A program made the translations under genes and the position numbers. Shown piece by piece: positions 50,876 through 55,957 of a DNA stretch of 55,957 bases; the stretch's first letter is position 1; each line of letters opens with the position of its first letter. Source of the DNA: Octopus bimaculoides (Eukaryota); contig NC_068992.1 in assembly GCF_001194135.2 (NCBI RefSeq), positions 12,909,443 through 12,965,399 of the forward strand, in the 5' to 3' direction. Under the pieces are notes generated by a model. That model worked only from the letters and a program-made list of their open reading frames with translations, made no database searches and was not told the origin of the DNA.

Positions 50876-51835
50876 ATATGCTGGTATAGTATACTTTTGT
50901 CCAACAAGAGAAAATGTTTTGAAAAGAAAATATTTCCACAACTTGAAGTGTGATACAAAGTTAAAAAGATAATGCTTATATGAAAGATGCTGAGAAAATT
51001 TCTTCAAATAACTAAATAAGAATTCTTGGCATTATCAAACTGAAGTAATACTTGCCAGACAAAATTCCTCATAAACAACATCCAATTATTTTATATTTCA
51101 ATAACATTTTGCTAGTAATTGGGTTTTCTATATAGTTAACCATCTACTTCATGTTATTATGTGAAATTCTAACGAGTTTTTTAAAAATTATGTTGTCTAA
51201 ATAAATAAACATTGTAAAAGATATAAAAAAGAGAGTGCTAATATAGAGAAGATATTAGGTTGATTTATGTTTTCTTACGACGCAGGTTTCACGCCATTGA
51301 GATCTTCATGTGTTAACTGGTTTCTCCCAGTACTCAAAATGCTTCTATAGACGGTAAAGTCTACTCTTTCTTTTCTACGTTGATATTTTATTGGTTAAGT
51401 TCTAAATTCTAATTAAAACGTTTCCTAAGTTTCCTATTGCGGCATTTTCTCACTTCTTTTTTTATTCTATTTATAGGTCGGTCCGGCAACCGTTTTCTCT
51501 CTACTTGTATATTGTATAATCTTTTGCTAAGATTTATCCTCTCTAGTTAAAGCTGTTTATTCCTCTTTGTGTATTATTTCATTAGTGAAGTACGTGAAGT
51601 TCGTGTTTGTGAAGTTCTTGCCTGAATACTGTTCTTTTCAATTTCCTAATTTATCTTCTCCGTCAATATCTATTAATCACATTTTGCGTTTGAAGTCAAT
51701 GAATGTTTTGATACACTTGTAGATACAGTTGGAGAGCATGTCATATATGGTAAACGCTCTTATATCGCACAGCCTGATATAAATATTGACTGAGCATTAT
51801 AAAAAAAAAAATGTTACACGATATTCTTTACTTAC

Positions 51836-51888
51836 CAGGTGAATCATGTCAGTCTCCGTAAGTAAATCGTAATATTTTTGAAGATCAC
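51836..51888 (-). CDS. Candidate 53-nt coding exon, product unknown
   Basis: Minus strand aagtttacctgtag|GT GAT CTT CAA ... ATT CAC CTG|gtaagt encodes (G)DLQKYYDLLTETDMIHL. Only this frame is open. Confidence 0.3.
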
Positions 51889-52484
51889 CTACAGGTAAAC
51901 TTAACTTTGTAGATACCTTCAAGAAAGTGTGCTTATTGCGACAAAATTGAGAACGTGAGAATTTCTTACTGGTGACATATTAGATAATTACATGAAATAC
52001 GGATGTTTGAAATGTTTTAAATAATATATTTAGAGATTTCATGTATCATAAGAAGTTATAACAATGAATTGTTATTGTTACTTACACATCCAACTAATGT
52101 TTGTTTATATATGCCAGGTTATATATGGCCATATTGTTATGCTAAGGAAAGGACAAGGTCATCTCCTCATATGAACTCTTTAGAAAGACCGTAGAAAAGT
52201 TAGGTTGCAATACTAAAACTCCGTTAGTTCATATAATAGAAAAGTAGTGCACGCTTAATTGTAGTTGAAAACCTGAAGCGAGTGTATATTGACCGTATAT
52301 CATATTCTCACATACTATATATTATATATACTCTTACACGAATATATATGTATATTTACAGATACAGGACTTAGTTGCATCAACAAGTTGTGCGAGACTT
52401 CATATATATTCTCGTATAATTAAAAGTATAGAATCTTAGAGAAACATTGATGCATGTTTAGTTTATTCTTTATCGTATACCTAT

Positions 52485-52543
52485 ATTTCTATTGGGCCAG
52501 CAAATCTGGAGAGGGGTAAGTCAATTAAATCGAACCCAATTCT
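52485..52543 (-). mobile_element. SINE family A 3' end cut by a gap
   Basis: ggccagcaaatctggagaggggtaagtcaattaaatcgaaccca resembles 24625-24675. Confidence 0.55.
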
Positions 52544-52858
52544 NNNNNNNNNNNNNNNNNNNNNNNNNNNNNNNNNNNNNNNNNNNNNNNNNNNNNNNNN
52601 NNNNNNNNNNNNNNNNNNNNNNNNNNNNNNNNNNNNNNNNNNNNNNNNNNNNNNNNNNNNNNNNNNNNNNNNNNNNNNNNNNNNNNNNNNNNNNNNNNNN
52701 NNNNNNNNNNNNNNNNNNNNNNNNNNNNNNNNNNNNNNNNNNNNNNNNNNNNNNNNNNNNNNNNNNNNNNNNNNNNNNNNNNNNNNNNNNNNNNNNNNNN
52801 NNNNNNNNNNNNNNNNNNNNNNNNNNNNNNNNNNNNNNNNNNNNNNNNNNNNNNNNNN

Positions 52859-52882
52859 TAATAATAATAATAATAATAATAA

Positions 52883-52913
<31 letters not shown>

Positions 52914-52976
52914 AAGACGAAGAAGAAGAAGAAGAAGAAGATGAAGAAGAAGAAGAAGAAGAAGAAGAAGAAGAAG

Positions 52977-53006
<30 letters not shown>
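52859..53006. repeat. (AAT)n-(GAA)n compound microsatellite
   Basis: Directly visible. Confidence 0.97.
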
Positions 53007-53007
<1 letters not shown>

Positions 53008-55819
53008 GGAAGAGGGAAAAACTAAAAACAGAAACACGAACAACGATAAAATGAAGTAAGAAAAAAAGAATAATTACTGTATACTTACACTCGTAAGAAT
53101 CATTTTCCCCTTATACCTCCCCTAATAATGAAAATAAATATCTTTATCATCGTTATCATTATTATTATATTGTGGGAATAATATATGTGCAAGTAAAAAG
53201 TAAATTATTTATAATTTCATATATATTGATATTTCAGTAAAACGTTGAAATTATTTCAGATGTTTTGACTTAAAGTGTAATAAAATAATGTTTTGTTTAT
53301 ACAAATTATAGAATAAAGATGGTTACTGAACAACGCACGTGTACACGCATATACACACACACGCATACACTCATAAATAAACACACGCACGTATATACAT
53401 AGTTATGTACATAAATACATTTAAGACGTTTTTCGATTGTAGTTAACGCAATGATGTTGTTCATGATGTTATACTTGCAACACTTCATTTAACTTCTATT
53501 TTATAACATAACTTATAGCATATTTATCGTTGTCTTCCCATTATAGTTATATATGTATATGAAATATGCCCAAATCAACGGAAAGTATGTTTTTGGGGTA
53601 GTTGTTGCGTAATAGATTGTTATTAAACTTCATCATTTCTTCGGGGTGTGTATCACGAGCGCTACATATATTTTTGCACGATGTTTTACGCACTGAGCAA
53701 TCGCTCTCTTTACACTGTATGGATGATGAGAACTACCTGATGTGCTTTCGATACAGAGTCCATGCTTAAGCTCCATAAAGCCATGTTGTCAAAACCACCG
53801 ACGTATATACATCGACTTTCACCTTTAGAGGTACGTCATGGCTATCCCAAGGCCTATGATAAAACTGACTGAAAACGGAGCTCGTCTACCCGATTCTTTT
53901 TATATGCGATGCTTGCATACTATCTCCAAATTAAATCCGAGTGACCACACTGATAACCGATGAAGTGTTAGTAGTACATATAAATGGAAGTATTAGAATA
54001 AAGGTGCATATCGATATACGACGTGTTTAATAGTCGTGACATACATTTATTTGAAAATACATGTAATGTTTATAAAACAACGATAGAAAACCTCAATATG
54101 CTCAGATGCGCTGTGGAGGTGGGATTATTTGGAAGAGCATAGTTTTCTCCACATTACAGACGTCAATTGTTTCTGCTGTTGCTGCTGGTATTGCAGTTCA
54201 TAATAGCCGCAGTTCAACATTTGAATTCATGGCGATACGCGTCTTTACTCACCGGCTTTCAAAGACGAGCGATTCCGTAGTGCCTTATTGCAATTTTATT
54301 TACTTTATTTCACTTCGTTGTTTTTATTACATTTTCAATTACATGTGCACAGTGTTAAAGGTAAGAATTAAATTATTAGTTTCGATACTTCTGAGAGTCT
54401 ATTGTTTGATCTAGTAGACGCTAAGAAACATCCTTAGGAATTCTTTTCTAGAAGAAAGAAGCAGTAGGTTACTGCAAATTGAGGACATTTTACACCACTA
54501 GTTAAGGCAATAGAATTTGCTGAATACATCGAAAATATTAAACACAATGGAACAGAATATATTTAGAGGCAACCGTAAACTTGGAAGAAATATAGAGTCA
54601 AAAGTTATACAAAACTTCTTTTGAGGCAGGCGTGGAAAATAATTACTCAGCTAAAATAATAGAAACAATTGTGTACTTTTTTATTGAAACCAAAAAGTGG
54701 TTTGATGTAAACTGTACTGTCATGATAAGTGATATGACAGCCAACTTCGAAAGGGGAGTAATTTAAAAAATATCTTGGGATTATATTTCACTTCGAATGT
54801 TGACAAAAGAGCGTTGCTTTTCAAGTTAAATTTGTAATCCTCATTAACACACAATGTTCGAAATCATTTCTAGTGCTACCACGGAATTTAGTTACGCTCA
54901 TCATTTATCATTTAATTGTTTTAGTCATTTCACTACCTCCATGCTGAAGTACTGCCTTATATTAATTAAGTTGTTATATAATTCGGCCAAATTACAAATT
55001 GTAAATAAAATTCAGTGTATAGTGGTGATCAGATTAATTTATAAGATGTCTAGTGATAAGCAGGGATCGATTATGGGAATTTATAGCATCAAACAAATTT
55101 GTTTGTATATTTCTGAAATCAATTTGTACGTATCTACATTGGCAGAGTTATTTTGATTTTCGTAGGAAATGCTTTTAATTTCTAATAAAATAAAAGCGAA
55201 TTTACATTAACATATTCCTGTTCATCTATTTCCTTTGAAACATAACATCCTCAACCACAGATACGTCTACCTATGATTACTCATACTCTGAGCGCAATGC
55301 TATTTAACGGACAGGATCACTGTAGAAAAGCCAGGGTATGTTACCTTTTTTTGAATACATCTCAAGATGTTCGTGACTGAACTAAAATAATACATAACAA
55401 ATTTAAGTCAGTTGATATTTTTGTCGTGAGCAAATTTCTGATATCTTTCGCTGAAAGAAACTTTGTAAGTTGAACTTATCTAAATTTAGATATGAAAACT
55501 AAAATGCATTCAAATCCGGTAGTTTGACACATATAGTTGTTTTATATTTATGATAAACTGACAATATCTACAGTTTCTAAACACGACATGGCCGATATTT
55601 TTGTATATCCTATTTCTGGAACACCATCCTTTAACATAAGTTCAACAGTGTTAATATAAGTAATGTATGCAGACGAGATTTACCTTCACTATCAATAATG
55701 CGTGTGCATCTGCGCTACAGATAGTTAGAGGGATCAAATGTTCTCTAATCGTGTCGTATATTTATATTTTGTTCTACATTTCTTAATCATCACAACTGCT
55801 TATGTATACGTGTGTGTCT

Positions 55820-55914
55820 GCGTAAATATATATATATATACAGATGTACGTATCTATACATATATGTACATATATACACATACATATATGAGCGTATATA
55901 TGTATGCGTTTGTA

Positions 55915-55957
<43 letters not shown>
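55820..55957. repeat. (TA)-rich and (CT)n microsatellite
   Basis: Directly visible. Confidence 0.95.

Overview
AT-rich, microsatellite-dense eukaryotic DNA with 10 N-gaps, mostly intronic or intergenic. The repeat families match those I recognise from Octopus genomes, so the host is probably an octopus (inference, not database-checked). No complete protein-coding gene, rRNA, intact tRNA or CRISPR array is supportable. Well-supported content: (i) three decayed R4/Dong-clade (RT + restriction-like endonuclease) non-LTR retrotransposon copies, one near full length at ~11.5-14.6 kb, all abutting microsatellites; (ii) two mariner transposase remnants and a lone Tc1-like end; (iii) about 14 copies or fragments of three tRNA-like SINE families; (iv) many simple repeats; (v) an Illumina adapter at a contig end. 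The best host-gene clues are a splice-flanked 59-nt segment encoding RFLAICQPLRY (class A GPCR post-DRY motif) at 29183-29241 and a CpG/ETS-rich 570-bp segment at 18.3-18.9 kb with outward-facing splice donors, like a bidirectional promoter. Most listed ORFs are microsatellite, gap or transposon artefacts. Repeat boundaries were estimated by eye. I found no convincing wholly new system; the most interesting candidate is microsatellite-associated RLE retrotransposition.
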